Below, in pieces: positions 35,770-47,105 of a DNA stretch of 64,000 nucleotides. Made by a program: the position numbers and the translations under genes. The notes under the pieces were generated by a model. That model saw nothing but the letters and a program-made list of their open reading frames with translations. It ran no database searches and had not been told where the DNA came from. Numbering within the stretch: the stretch's first letter is position 1; every line of letters starts with the position of its first letter. The DNA comes from Picochlorum sp. SENEW3 (Eukaryota): contig CP120459.1 of NCBI GenBank assembly GCA_034226945.1, positions 868,001-932,000 on the forward strand. The letters are read 5' to 3'.

Positions 35770-36676
35770 TCAGAGTGAGTATACCACGTTCAGATCCTTT
35801 GTTTCGATTCGTTCTTTGCTTCCTTTTGACGATGTGTTCATTTCAATAGTGTCTTGGTGCTTCTTCGCAAAGTGCCCCATCTGGTATGCCTGATGTAATT
35901 GCTCCAGCCTCCTCTTCTTCTCAAGAGTGATTTCAAGCTTTGTTCTGAGCACGGCATTTTCCACTTGCAGCGTTTCGAATTCATTCAAGTTCTTAGAGGC
36001 ATCCGTCATGGAAGACATGTTGTGTTCAATCATCTCCAGCGCCTGTTTCACCTTATCCGACACGGGAGCACTTTGAGCAGAAGACGCCCCACGCGTCGCA
36101 GCTGAAAGCTTTTCTTCGACCATGAGCAAAGCTTTGCGTGCGCTCGATGGCGCTTGTACTTTTCTTCCTGATGTCTTCAATGCCTGGCTCTTCTTCTTCT
36201 TCGTTTCAACTGTTTTGGCTGGCGCTGCCACAGTGCGTAGGAGATGGTTCGACGATGGATCTGACAACTGATTTCTCAATGTGGCAATATCGTTGCGCAA
36301 GGCTGCGACGACAGATGCCTTTGGAGGGATTCTTCCTGGTGAAGTTATAAACTTGAGTTCTTCTTCCTTTTGCAAAAGCTTGTGGGCTACTGCTTTTACT
36401 CGTTCATCAATGCCATTGTCCGCAGTATAATTACTTTCAGCACGACATTGGACGTGTCTCAATGTGGTATTGCCTACATAAAAGCACACAGTCGTGTATG
36501 AGGCTCTGACATGCCAGTATCGTTACAAACTGGCATCAAATCGCACCTCGTGAGTGTATCGCATCTATCGATGAACAATGAATTCCTATTTTATGTAAAT
36601 GGGTGTATGGATGCCTGTAACAAGGCAATGCGCGTCTCTGCGCAGGTGCACATGTCGTTGCAAGAGCACGTGCCAT
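35770..36676 (-). CDS. Hypothetical plastid-targeted coiled-coil protein
   Basis: Exons 36676-36547 and 36473-35770. MARALATTCAPAQRRAL..VQCRA is transit-peptide-like; C-terminal heptads LQVENAVLRTKLE. Confidence 0.65.
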
Positions 36677-36818
36677 GTCTCTCCCCAATCTTCCCAAAAG
36701 ATTCCTACGAGGAATGCTCTCTGTTATATGTTTATTTTACAATACTATGAAGCCTCAGGTAGATCAAATATGTGGTAGAATTGCCGACAATGTCATCATC
36801 ATCATCCAATAGATGATT

Positions 36819-39295
36819 CTAGTGCTTTTTGCCAGTGAATTTGTCAGCCCATGCAACCGGGTCTTTGACTTTTATCTCTTTCTTGGCCTTTGAGGCTATA
36901 TCTGGACACCCACAGTGAATGAATGCAGCGACAATCTTTGCAGCATGGGAGTCTTTGAGCTTCTTGCATGTTCCTTGCACATGATTCTTCCACAAGAGTT
37001 CTGTAAAGCGTTTTGCAGAGTCGCCATTCTTTTCATTGGACGCGAGGATTATTCTACGAAGGGCTCGGCTTCCATAATAATCGGTTAAGAGCGTGTCGGC
37101 AGACTCCAAGACAGCTTTATGAATTGCATCAATGTCCTCAACGCCAGAAAGCTCTTCAAGAAAGTTATTTTCACCCCCGACACACAACTCTACCACAATG
37201 TCGGATGTGTACTGCTTGCATATATACTGTGAAGATGATGGACTAACCGTCTTAAAAATTGCTTTCCAAAAGCCCGCTTTTAGAATTTCATTTCGTCGTA
37301 CCGAGTCATCCTTCTTGCTGACACCCAATTGGGTTTCTATAGTTGTCGCCTCACCCCCATCGTCTTCCGGTTCGATTCGTTTAGAGATTGTTTTGACAGG
37401 TGGTTTCATTATTCGAATAATCTCTGGGGAGAAATATCTTGGGCAATATGGATGGAGAAGCTGCAAGAGAACTTTGTGTGCATGCTTGTCCTGAACCACT
37501 TGTGATATTTCAGACTGCGATATACAAACATGCATAGTTAAAACACATGCAGTAGATATATTGTGGGCTCGTCATGGAAAGAAAATTCCCTATTCTTTGA
37601 CTAGGATCCCTCAGACACACACCTTGCCAAAAGGCAAGGCCTGCTCAAAATCGACACTCATCAGCGCAATTGCTCTGTCCGCCCGTCGACATATTGTCTT
37701 CATAGGAATGCCTCGAAAGAAAAGATACATACGAGTATGGACACATACCTCTAACTCGGATATTATAATCTTTCTAAGGAGCGCAGTATCATCTGTCACT
37801 GAGAGAGCTGTTGCAATTGCCAGCCATCCCCATTCATCCAAGACTGCGGCCAGTACATGTCCCTTGAACGATCGTATCGCTTTCTTTCTATCTTTTGCGC
37901 TTCCGTAGGCGAGGACCATGCATGCTGCTTCTGCTCCCTCATGTGTATGAATCATGTGCAGTAATGCATCCCCACTAAGTGTTTCTACCGAATCTTCAAC
38001 CAGCGATGATGGAGCAGCCTTCATATACTCGGATATCAAGGTATGGGCTAATTGATTATCTACCAACCCTTTCTCAATCACCGGAGTAAGAGTGCTCGCA
38101 ACATGACGAATAATGGCCAATTGTTTCTGACCCTCAACTGCTGACAGCAACTGTGACAGAGATTCAGGTGCACCTTTGGTATTGTTGAGCGTGCCAGAGT
38201 CAAACAAAGCATACTCTTTCCCATAAAATTCTGCCGCCATCATCCTACGCTGCTCCACGTGTGCCACAGAGTACAAATCATCTAGAACATGGGTTCCTGC
38301 AGGATGCCGTAAAAGCTCTGGAGCCTTACCTTTGAACGCCTTGAAGTACACTGCATCACATACAATATATATAGTAATCATACTATTGCATTGATGATGA
38401 AATGTCTCATGTCTTGGAATCTGTGGAATCTAGCAAATAAGGTTCCCAGAATGAAATCATGACATTCATCTATGCTGGATCATGACCAAGATGGAGTGTG
38501 TAGGAATATGCACAACCCCTGGTTTCACATCCAGCACATGACACAAAAATACAATCATATGGCCTCATTAACAATAGTGTGTCTTCAACAGAACCAGCGA
38601 CAAATGCCTCTGGAACGATGATCAGGAAGATAACGCAGTTTTGTAACATCAGCGGCCAGCACGTTGAATATATCGACAACCATACCTGGCAACTGCGATT
38701 TAGGAGCCGTAACAATGAGCTTACTCATAATGAACCTCGCATACGGATTTTTGGAAAGCTCCACCATCCTGGGCAACAATTGCTTTTGAATAATAATCCT
38801 ATCATCTTCTGTCCCGTGCTTCACGCACGATTGAATAATTCTGGATGCTGTATGCGATGCAGCAAGATCTGCTACTCTGTCTTCACACAGGGCTAGTATT
38901 TTCGATACCAGATCTGCTTTCGCATCCTTTGGTGTACCACTCTGTCTCAGCTTTTCCCACAGTGCCGTAGCTTCCTGAATCACATGGAAATTCTTCTGCC
39001 TCTTCGCCTTCCTCTCCAAGGTATGCTTTTTCTTTTCTTTTCTTCTACTACCACTGCAAACAACAAGCGATTCGTCTCAGTGCATGTCTTGCATGCAATA
39101 CAAAACTCAAAAGCCTACGCACCCTTCGGAAGGATCCACGCCATCGACCTCAGCATGAGAGATTTTTTCATCTTTAGTTTTCGATCCTGTAGCTGATGTA
39201 TGGCCATTCTTCCCAGCAGGAGAAGTCCCTGTCTGCTTCCTCTTCTTCTTCTTCAACGCTTGACTCGCATCTCCTCCAGCAGAGCCCATCGTCAT
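36819..39295 (-). CDS. PUM24: Nucleolar Pumilio-repeat protein APUM24/Puf6/PUM3
   Basis: Exons 39295-39123, 39053-38686, 38350-37749, 37514-36819. Motifs LWEKLR, HTASRIIQSCVKHG, HMIHTHEG..GSAKDRKKAIRSFK, CPL region SKKDDSVRRNE. Confidence 0.92.
37606..37709 (-). ncRNA. Box C/D snoRNA, U43/SNORD43/snR70 orthologue
   Basis: Stem attcct/gggat, C-like ATGAAGA, guide CGACGGGCGG plus D' CAGA (complementary to 18S CCGCCCGUCG), C' TGATGA, D CTGA. GACGGGCGGACAGA matches SNORD43 as recalled. Confidence 0.9.
38400..38537 (-). ncRNA. Box H/ACA snoRNA in PUM24 intron 2
   Basis: Hairpin tgctggat/atccagca, H-box AGATGA (38471-38466), second hairpin tcatg/catga, ACA (38405-38403) plus 3 nt; ~138 nt total. 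Confidence 0.75.
38561..38657 (-). ncRNA. Box C/D snoRNA, snR68/snoR68Y-like
   Basis: ggcc/ggcc terminal stem, C-like CTGATGT, 12-nt guide CTGCGTTATCTT before D' CTGA (complementary to LSU AAGAUAACGCAG), D-like ATGA. Confidence 0.78.
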
Positions 39296-39646
39296 TTCAC
39301 CAACTGATACGGTATATGCTTGGAATTAAATTAAAACAAGCTGCTCCTCTGGCAATAGCTGCGCATCTAGTGGACAGTAGATCACAATCGGCTAAAGTCC
39401 GTATTTAGAGTATTAAGATCTTTGTGCCAGTGTTTTTTTTTGTGGATTTGGGTCATCTTATGCGTCGATGCCAGTGATATACTATCCGTAATACATTAAA
39501 CTTACTGTATAGAGCGGATTTGCACCTATCTGAGCATCCGTATCAGTCTCTCAGGGTGTCTCTACCTCTTGATGACACATTTGGACGTCTTTTCTTTCTA
39601 AACTTGCACCTCTACATTGATCCATTTCAAGGAATAGTATAGCATC

Positions 39647-40988
39647 ATGTCTCGGGCATCGGTGGAGATGTTTAAGAAGCGTCAAGCGTACGTATTTTTT
39701 TAATGGTGGTCTCGTCATGCTTTTCATCTTTTTTTTCTTCTCTTCGGCTGTGGTGCTGACTGATCCTTTTTAATTTTATCACAGGGCTTCTGCGTTGATT
39801 CAAAAGTTAGAACAGAAGAATAGGCCTTCAGAGGCGGTGAGTTTTCATCAGACGGGTATGCCTCCGCATATACTGAGGCTGTTTGAGGCTCGGCCTGCAC
39901 CACCGTTCATGGAGAAGCCACGGCGGAAAAAGCCGCTACTGCCATATACTGGTGTATCGAACTACGTGGAGTATTTTTCTGAGCCGGGTACTGGTGAGCA
40001 TCGTCCTGAAGGAGACGGTGATGCTCCCAAAGAGGACAGGTTGTTCATCAACCCAGAATTTGCCCTTCAATGTAGGATTGATGGGCTGACGAGAGTGGAG
40101 CGGATGGTGGCGAGGACTCGAGAGAAACAGCGTCAAAATGATGAGATTAATGAAGAGGCGGCCAAGAAGTGGGATCCGAATTCGGATCCGAATGTTGAGG
40201 GAGATCCTCTGAAGACTCTTTTTGTTGCGCATCTGTCTCAAGATGTATCAGAGAGAAAATTGAGGAGAGAGTTTGAAGAATTTGGTCCCATCAAGCGTAT
40301 TCGTGTTGTTCATGATAAATATTCGGGAAAGCCAAAAGGATATGCGTTTATTGAGTTTGAGGAGAAGGAGGATATGAAGGAGGCATACAAAGTGGCTGAT
40401 GGTACACGGATTGAGGGCAAACGGTGCCTGGTTGATGTTGAGAGGGGTCGTACTGTTCCAAACTGGAGGCCAAAAAGACTTGGTGGTGGAAAGGGAGGAA
40501 TGCATAAAATTGCAACGCTTCCGAGAGATCCGAATAGACAACTGGTTGCAAAGGCAGTGAATGCAGCTTTGGGAGTGGATGTGAAGCCTCCTGTGCCAGA
40601 GTTGGCAAAGACCAAGCAAGCTTCATATGATAGTAGAGGTTCTCGAATGAAACGGGATCGGCATGATGATGGTAGAGGATCATCATACGATCGCTATGAA
40701 CCGAGGAGAGGCAGAGGAGGAGAGAGGCCACGCTATCGTGAGGACAGGTATGGCGGCAGATATGGTGGAAGTAGTAGGGGTGGAGATCGATACGATGGCC
40801 GTCCCCATGACCGATATAGCGACCAATATGATAGAGAATACCGCCATGACTATGATGAGAGGGACACAAGGGCTCCAAAACGAGAGCGGATTCAATATGA
40901 TGACCATTATGCTGCAGTGCCACCACCCCAATCATTGGGTGGACCTCCTCCAGCTGCACAGGATGAGCCAGAGGAGGGAGAATTATGA
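39647..40988 (+). CDS. SNRNP70: U1 snRNP 70 kDa protein
   Basis: Exons 39647-39687 and 39785-40988. PPHILRLFEARP, WDP..DP, RRM GKPKGYAFIEF, VDVERGRTVPNWRPKRLGGG, RD/RE-rich tail. Confidence 0.96.
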
Positions 40989-41007
40989 TTTCTGCTTTCA
41001 TATAATA

Positions 41008-42261
41008 TCAACTTGAACTAGATAATGCATTAATCCACATTTCAAGAGTATCCGGATCTCTTCGTTCCGACCCAAACTTGATTGATTCCCCTGCAGAGCC
41101 TGATGCAGGCAGCATGGCAATATGCGGGAATGTCTTGAGCCCAAACCTGCTCTCTGCAAAGTCCCTTTCAATATCCGCCTGGAACTTTGCCACTCGAATA
41201 CCCTTCCTATCTGCTACCCGCGCAGCCAAGTCTTCATAATCCTCTTCCATCGCTTTGCAGAACCTGCACCATGGAGCGTACAAGACCACGAGCGTATCAA
41301 CGTCTCTTGGGCCATCCAACACACGCTGCAGCGCATCTTTACTCAGCGTCTCCACGGCATTACTCTTGAACAAATCTTCCACTTTTTCTTCCTCTGACGC
41401 CTGATCCACTGCGCCTTGTACAATATTACCACTATGCAGTCCACATTCTTTGGATGAAGAATCCTCCCACCACCAGCGACCTTCTCTCTCAGCCTGATTA
41501 GGAAGCACAGGCCTGGTACATGGTTCACATCCAATGGACACATATCCGCACGTATGAAGCTCATTCGTTGGCACACCCATGACTCTTAAAAAGTTCCACA
41601 CCTCTGCAGAGGACATGTTGGACAGCGGGTTGTACTTGATAAGGCTACCAGCTCCACCCTCAAGGCCTTCAAACACTGGATCAACCTCCACAAGAGGAAC
41701 ACCCTGTCTAGTTCCGGGACTCTGATCCTTTCTCTGTCCAGTAATCCATGCTTTAAGACCCTTCAACTGCTTCCTCAAAGGCCTCACTTTTCGCACTCGG
41801 CAGCATTCTTGATGCCCATCCTGATAGAATGAAAACATCCCTTTGCTTCGAACTAGATCAACAACTTCCTCAGCCTCAGGAAACGTGTATTCAATACGAA
41901 TACCATAATGCTTCTCCACTGCATCAAACAATCGGTATGTCTCCGGATTCAATCTACCAGTATCCAAAGAAAACACTCTATACTGCTTTCCAGTCAAATG
42001 CGCATATTCTATCAATGCCACATCCTCTGCCCCAGAAAATGCAATTGCTACATCTCCCTCAAACGTACTCAACGCATGATCCATGATTTCGAGAGGTGAC
42101 TTACTATCCAAGCTCTCAGCAACCTTTTCCCATGATGCTGATTGATTTTGTGCACTGGAGGCTGCCGTCAGGGTCCTCCTGAAGGAAGCTCTCCTCAACT
42201 TCCGAGACTGGGGCAGCCCACGCCTTTCCTGTGGACCTCTCCAACGGCCATTCTGCATCAC
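41008..42261 (-). CDS. APR: Adenosine 5'-phosphosulfate reductase with C-terminal thioredoxin-like domain
   Basis: Motifs [47 protein letters not shown]. Confidence 0.96.
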   Translation of the reverse strand: MMQNGRWRGPQERRGLPQSRKLRRASFRRTLTAASSAQNQSASWEKVAESLDSKSPLEIMDHALSTFEGDVAIAFSGAEDVALIEYAHLTGKQYRVFSLDTGRLNPETYRLFDAVEKHYGIRIEYTFPEAEEVVDLVRSKGMFSFYQDGHQECCRVRKVRPLRKQLKGLKAWITGQRKDQSPGTRQGVPLVEVDPVFEGLEGGAGSLIKYNPLSNMSSAEVWNFLRVMGVPTNELHTCGYVSIGCEPCTRPVLPNQAEREGRWWWEDSSSKECGLHSGNIVQGAVDQASEEEKVEDLFKSNAVETLSKDALQRVLDGPRDVDTLVVLYAPWCRFCKAMEEDYEDLAARVADRKGIRVAKFQADIERDFAESRFGLKTFPHIAMLPASGSAGESIKFGSERRDPDTLEMWINALSSSS

Positions 42262-42661
42262 ATGAGACCATTTACATTAAATAATATACGAATCGTATGG
42301 TTATCAATCAATGTATCAATCGTACAGTCGTTTTCAATGCCATGCGACATGTTGACATTCTTGCCCCAACAGACGCCGTGGATGCCGTCCCAATCATGAT
42401 CGCCATCAGATATACTTTTTGCTTCAGTATCACATCAAAGAAACAACGCAGTAGCCTTTACATCTACTCGTTTGTGAGTGCCTCCTGATGTACCGTTCTT
42501 CTTCCATAAATAGACTATTAAATAACAAAACCCAATTCGATCCGTAAAGGAAAACTCTAGAAAACTGGGGAGAGTCCTGAACAGTCTTCCTCTCCCAGAG
42601 ACACATATGTAATTCCACTGTACATGGTACCTCTTGAAACATCTCTGAGCGATTCCTAGCG

Positions 42662-44005
42662 ATGTTTTCTGCTCGGTTCTTGTACAAAAACGCTGCGACA
42701 ACGTGTCGACATGTCAATTGCAAAGCAGTTCGCCACTATTCCGATTTGCGCACTCGCCTTCCCATTTCATGCGCTCTAGTTCATAAAAATATGGAATCAT
42801 CATCAACAGATTCGCCATTTTGGAAGATTGATGTCCTGGGACTCTGTCGGAAGGGAGTTCTTGGAGCCATGGTCATTGGAATGTCACTGTTTGGAACAGT
42901 CGTGTATCCAGACACAACCGCATATGCGCAGCCACAGGTGGCCGAGGTATGGAGCACCACGGCAAGTAGTAAAAAGCAGGAGTTGTATCGTGATGCGCTG
43001 CCGAGTGCCAAAGAATTGTCTGCAGATGAGTTGGCAACAATTCAGCTCTTCCAACAAACCACGCCAGCAGTTGTGAACATTACGAATATCGTCAATGCTC
43101 GCAAACCGTATTCAGCGAATGTTTTCGAGATACCTCTTGGACAAGGATCAGGGTTTTTATGGGATACAAAAGGTCACATTGTCACGAATTTCCATGTGAT
43201 TAAAGGGTCTTCCTCACTCCGGGTAACCCTGATTGATCAGCAGGTGTTCCCTGCAAAAGTAATTGGGGCTGATCCGTCAAGGGATGTCGCCGTCTTACAG
43301 TTGGACGCTCCGAAGGAAGTGTTAGAACGTCTCACACCCGCAGAGATTAACGATTCTTCTTCACTTTTTGTCGGTCAAAGGGTGTACGCTATTGGCAATC
43401 CATTTGGACTGGACCATTCACTGAGCAGCGGAATTATCAGTGGCTTGAATCGAGAGCTGGGTGGGATCAAGAATGCAATTCAGAGTGATTGTTCAATCAA
43501 TCCTGGCAACAGTGGAGGACCACTATTAAACTCTCGTGGTGAAGTTATTGCCATGAATACAGCAATTGTGGATCCTGGGGGAAAAGGAGGATTCAATGGG
43601 ATTGGCTTTGCCGTCCCCATGTCGGATGTTAAAGGCCTTGTCGATCAAATACTCAAGTTTGGTCGGGTCATCCGGCCCGCTCTTGGGGTGACTGTAGCCC
43701 CTCCCCAAGCACTTCGCCAGCTTGGGCTGGATGGGGTGTTGATCCTTGATGTCCCCAAGAATTCCCCAGCATACAAGGCCGGGATGGTTGGTATTTCACG
43801 AGACTCATATGGAAGACTGATTCTTGGAGATATCATCACAGGCATCAATGGAAAACCAGTACGGGATCAAGGTGACTTGTTTGATGTCTTGGACAGCCTC
43901 TCTGTTGGTTCCACGGTGACTATAGATAGTTTGAGAGGAGGAGAGCAGAAGAGATCATTCACCGTAACATTAGAAGAACGAAGTAATACATTGACATTTG
44001 AATGA
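42662..44005 (+). CDS. DEG1: Thylakoid-lumen Deg/HtrA serine protease
   Basis: Bipartite transit peptide ending AYA; GQGSGFLWD, VTNFHVI, INPGNSGGPL, C-terminal PDZ domain. Confidence 0.88.
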   Translation: MFSARFLYKNAATTCRHVNCKAVRHYSDLRTRLPISCALVHKNMESSSTDSPFWKIDVLGLCRKGVLGAMVIGMSLFGTVVYPDTTAYAQPQVAEVWSTTASSKKQELYRDALPSAKELSADELATIQLFQQTTPAVVNITNIVNARKPYSANVFEIPLGQGSGFLWDTKGHIVTNFHVIKGSSSLRVTLIDQQVFPAKVIGADPSRDVAVLQLDAPKEVLERLTPAEINDSSSLFVGQRVYAIGNPFGLDHSLSSGIISGLNRELGGIKNAIQSDCSINPGNSGGPLLNSRGEVIAMNTAIVDPGGKGGFNGIGFAVPMSDVKGLVDQILKFGRVIRPALGVTVAPPQALRQLGLDGVLILDVPKNSPAYKAGMVGISRDSYGRLILGDIITGINGKPVRDQGDLFDVLDSLSVGSTVTIDSLRGGEQKRSFTVTLEERSNTLTFE

Positions 44006-44018
44006 CATATTATTATTA

Positions 44019-44762
44019 TTATTGTGAGTGTGATACTATTCTACTGACCAATTCTTGCATGGGCATGAGTTCCTTCTCATCCACAAGACTGAATTCCTTC
44101 ACGAACAAAATGAAATGTCTAAAACACGTATTCACATGCGTCTCCATCCCCAAACCTAATATTTGCTTGAAATGAGAATGGTACATGTGAGCATACACCC
44201 TAAAAATCCGCTTCAGTATATTCTTGACAACAGGCAGGAAATCCTTGGGAAAAGACCCTCCCAGTCCCCGAGGAAACAACGATGGATCATCCAACTGCTC
44301 TTCGATCCAATCAAACAATGCATTCACATATTTTGACGCCGAGAGTTTAATGGGTGTCTTCACCTTGATCCCATCTGCCCAGAGATATTCAAACTGGGGC
44401 CCAGCACTCATAATTGGACAGTGCTCTTCATCACACAGGGTCCCATCAATCACATTATATAGCACACTAATCGCATTATAGAAAAAAACGGTATTCACAG
44501 CAATCCATTCGTTTGGATCCTCTCCCTGAGGCAATTTCACGGCCTGCTCTACAGTCCCACTCCCAAGAGTCTGTTCAATATGCTTTCGGAGAGTAGGACC
44601 CTTTGTTCCCACCGCCACATTCTTCACAGACCTCACAGTTCCAGCACGCCTGTAAATAATAAGTGATACACATGCGTTACATCTGAAACGACCACAGAGG
44701 TCAGGCTGGATGATCTCATAGCGACGTCGAGCATACCTGGAAAAGTTGAAGAAACTCGCCAT
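44019..44762 (-). CDS. MOB1: MOB kinase activator 1
   Basis: Exons 44762-44737 and 44649-44019. TLGSG..AVKLPQGEDPNEWIAVN, CPIMSAGP, FRVYAHMYHSHF. Confidence 0.95.
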   Translation of the reverse strand: MASFFNFSRYARRRYEIIQPDLCGRFRCNACVSLIIYRRAGTVRSVKNVAVGTKGPTLRKHIEQTLGSGTVEQAVKLPQGEDPNEWIAVNTVFFYNAISVLYNVIDGTLCDEEHCPIMSAGPQFEYLWADGIKVKTPIKLSASKYVNALFDWIEEQLDDPSLFPRGLGGSFPKDFLPVVKNILKRIFRVYAHMYHSHFKQILGLGMETHVNTCFRHFILFVKEFSLVDEKELMPMQELVSRIVSHSQ

Positions 44763-45004
44763 GACTCTATCGTGTATACATGTTATCTCAAGGTGAAAAG
44801 ATTTAAAGGGATTTTGATCAGCACACGAGACTATTCATGCATACAAAAGACGATTTCCCGAATTACCTTGACCAATATCATTGTTGGAGGTCAACATGGA
44901 CAAATATCTTCATACCTGGCCATGTTACCTTCCTTGTATCGATAATTATAATTATAAAATGCCATCATGGCGTTGTTTTACGAATTCATGAGTCTCTCAT
45001 CATC

Positions 45005-46771
45005 ATGTCGATGCTTGTGAAGAGGACGTGTGTCCCTCTGACAAAGCAACACCGTCGTGGTGCCGTACTTTTGCTATACTCGACTGTGCTTCTGGGTTGT
45101 TTTTATGCAGCAAGCAGGTATTACACGATGGATGCGTTGTTTTGGGAGAGCCGCGGCTCTCCCATGGAGGACATTGTGGGGTCAAACCCATTGGTCAGTT
45201 TTGACGACCTGGTATCCAAGCATGCAGTATCAGATTCAGTTTCACCATCAGCATCATCGCCATCGTTTCTTCGAGGGGTGCATGTCTTTTCTGATGATTG
45301 TCCATTGACGTTTTGGGAGACATTCGATGAGGAGAAGCTGAAACAACAATTGACAAATGCTGTGCATGATGGTTTCAACGCCATCATTCTTGTCATTCCG
45401 TGGGCTGGGTTCCAAGTGGATGTACACGGAAAATTGTATGACCCGTGGATGTATGATCGACTCAGAACGGCTCTTGATTTGATCCGGGATAGCGGCCTGT
45501 ACAGTATTTCTAGGATAGGCTATGCGCATAACTTTAGGCCTGACAACACGCCTCCAAGTGGAGAGAGGTGCGTGTTCACCCTGCTGCAGAGGGATGAGGC
45601 AATGCCTGGCTGGTCCGAGTATGTTCGGTCGTTACAACATATATTCTCGCTCTATAATACACATTTGTTTAATTTTATTAGCTGGGAGGACTTTTTCTGC
45701 GGATCCTATACGATGAGGCTTCCAAAAGAACGCCGGGCAGAGTATGGGAAGCAGAGTGGATTTGGGGGACCAATCCCAGCCAACGATGGCAGTGATCCCG
45801 TCGATCGCGTGCACGCGTGGTACGATCATATCAGCTCTATATGGACCACGTTGATACAATATGGTCAGAAATCGATGCCTCGCTTGACCATGGAGATACG
45901 AGTGGACAGCGACCCTGTGTTTGCTGGAAAGGATAACATGACATGGCATGGGTACCATGATGCTGGGCATGTATCTGGAGATGCACGGGCGGGCACATAT
46001 TTTTCACCATATTTTGGACAAGATAATAAAGGTTTAGCCATTACAGCAGAAAATGCGATTCAGAAATTGACATTCATGCTCACAGAAGTGGCTGAGAATA
46101 GGTTTGGACTGGAAAAGACATTTCTGGAGCAGTTCAACTTTGTAGACAATACACCATCGTTCATGACGTCATCAAATTACATGACTGAACCGCAAGTCAC
46201 GCAATTTTTAGATAAAGCTGCGCCCCTAATTCGAAAAAGCACCGGCGGATATGCGCTGTGGGCATACAGAAATTACAGAGAAACTCACTTGTACAATGGC
46301 AATTTCCTTCGAGGCATGCTTGGGTGGAATGTCACCCATGATGGTGGTTCTGTGCATCGCCATGGGCCATTCATACGGCTCCAAGGACCCCTCACGTTGA
46401 CATCCTATCAGACACGACTAGCCGATGGTGGCTGCGATGGTATGGGGAACCTGAGGCATGTGTGTTTCCAATCATACATGGATCCATGCCATGATGATGA
46501 TGTAAACACCCATGCAATGGATGTGTGTCTGAATGAACAGTGCGTTCATCATTCTCCACCTCTAAAGTTTGCCTCAGAATCGTGCTATTCCTTTCCATCC
46601 AATGGTTCTTTGGTGTTTCAGATATCATTCAAGGTGATGTCGCATTGTCCCGTTGATATGAGACACGTGCAGTTTTGGTGCCATGAACAGGATTTAAAAG
46701 TCCATCATGCTGATGGATCTCCTGGGGCGCTTCTCGCTTCTATTCGTAAATTGAATACTGAATTGCTGTAA
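45005..46771 (+). CDS. Type-II membrane protein with glycoside-hydrolase-like (clan GH-A TIM-barrel) domain, family unassigned
   Basis: Intronless. N-terminal TM (AVLLLYSTVLLGCFYAA); DGFNAIILVIPWAGFQ, SGLYSISRIGY, FISWEDF, FLEQFNF, GYALWAYRNY. Confidence 0.65.
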   Translation: MSMLVKRTCVPLTKQHRRGAVLLLYSTVLLGCFYAASRYYTMDALFWESRGSPMEDIVGSNPLVSFDDLVSKHAVSDSVSPSASSPSFLRGVHVFSDDCPLTFWETFDEEKLKQQLTNAVHDGFNAIILVIPWAGFQVDVHGKLYDPWMYDRLRTALDLIRDSGLYSISRIGYAHNFRPDNTPPSGERCVFTLLQRDEAMPGWSEYVRSLQHIFSLYNTHLFNFISWEDFFCGSYTMRLPKERRAEYGKQSGFGGPIPANDGSDPVDRVHAWYDHISSIWTTLIQYGQKSMPRLTMEIRVDSDPVFAGKDNMTWHGYHDAGHVSGDARAGTYFSPYFGQDNKGLAITAENAIQKLTFMLTEVAENRFGLEKTFLEQFNFVDNTPSFMTSSNYMTEPQVTQFLDKAAPLIRKSTGGYALWAYRNYRETHLYNGNFLRGMLGWNVTHDGGSVHRHGPFIRLQGPLTLTSYQTRLADGGCDGMGNLRHVCFQSYMDPCHDDDVNTHAMDVCLNEQCVHHSPPLKFASESCYSFPSNGSLVFQISFKVMSHCPVDMRHVQFWCHEQDLKVHHADGSPGALLASIRKLNTELL

Positions 46772-47105
46772 AACTATGACATTGTCTACGTGATGTGTCA
46801 GATCATCTGACGTAGATTGCTCCTGGAAAATCTAGTAATATTATGCATGGCATTGTTTGTGTGCCGCCACCATTGTGACAAAGCTTTTATAGGCTTACAA
46901 TGAGATATGACATGGAAGACATCACATGACTTGTATGGTTGTGTGCACACACACAGACACACGTGTGAGATGTACGTTACATGAATGTACCATGTTGGTC
47001 AGCTGCAGGGACAGTTGCATGGTCCTGATAGTGATGAGATATTGTTCATGGGACTGCGGTCATTGTCCAAGTGGGTTTTATCTTTATGTATTTGTAGTAT
47101 TGTGG

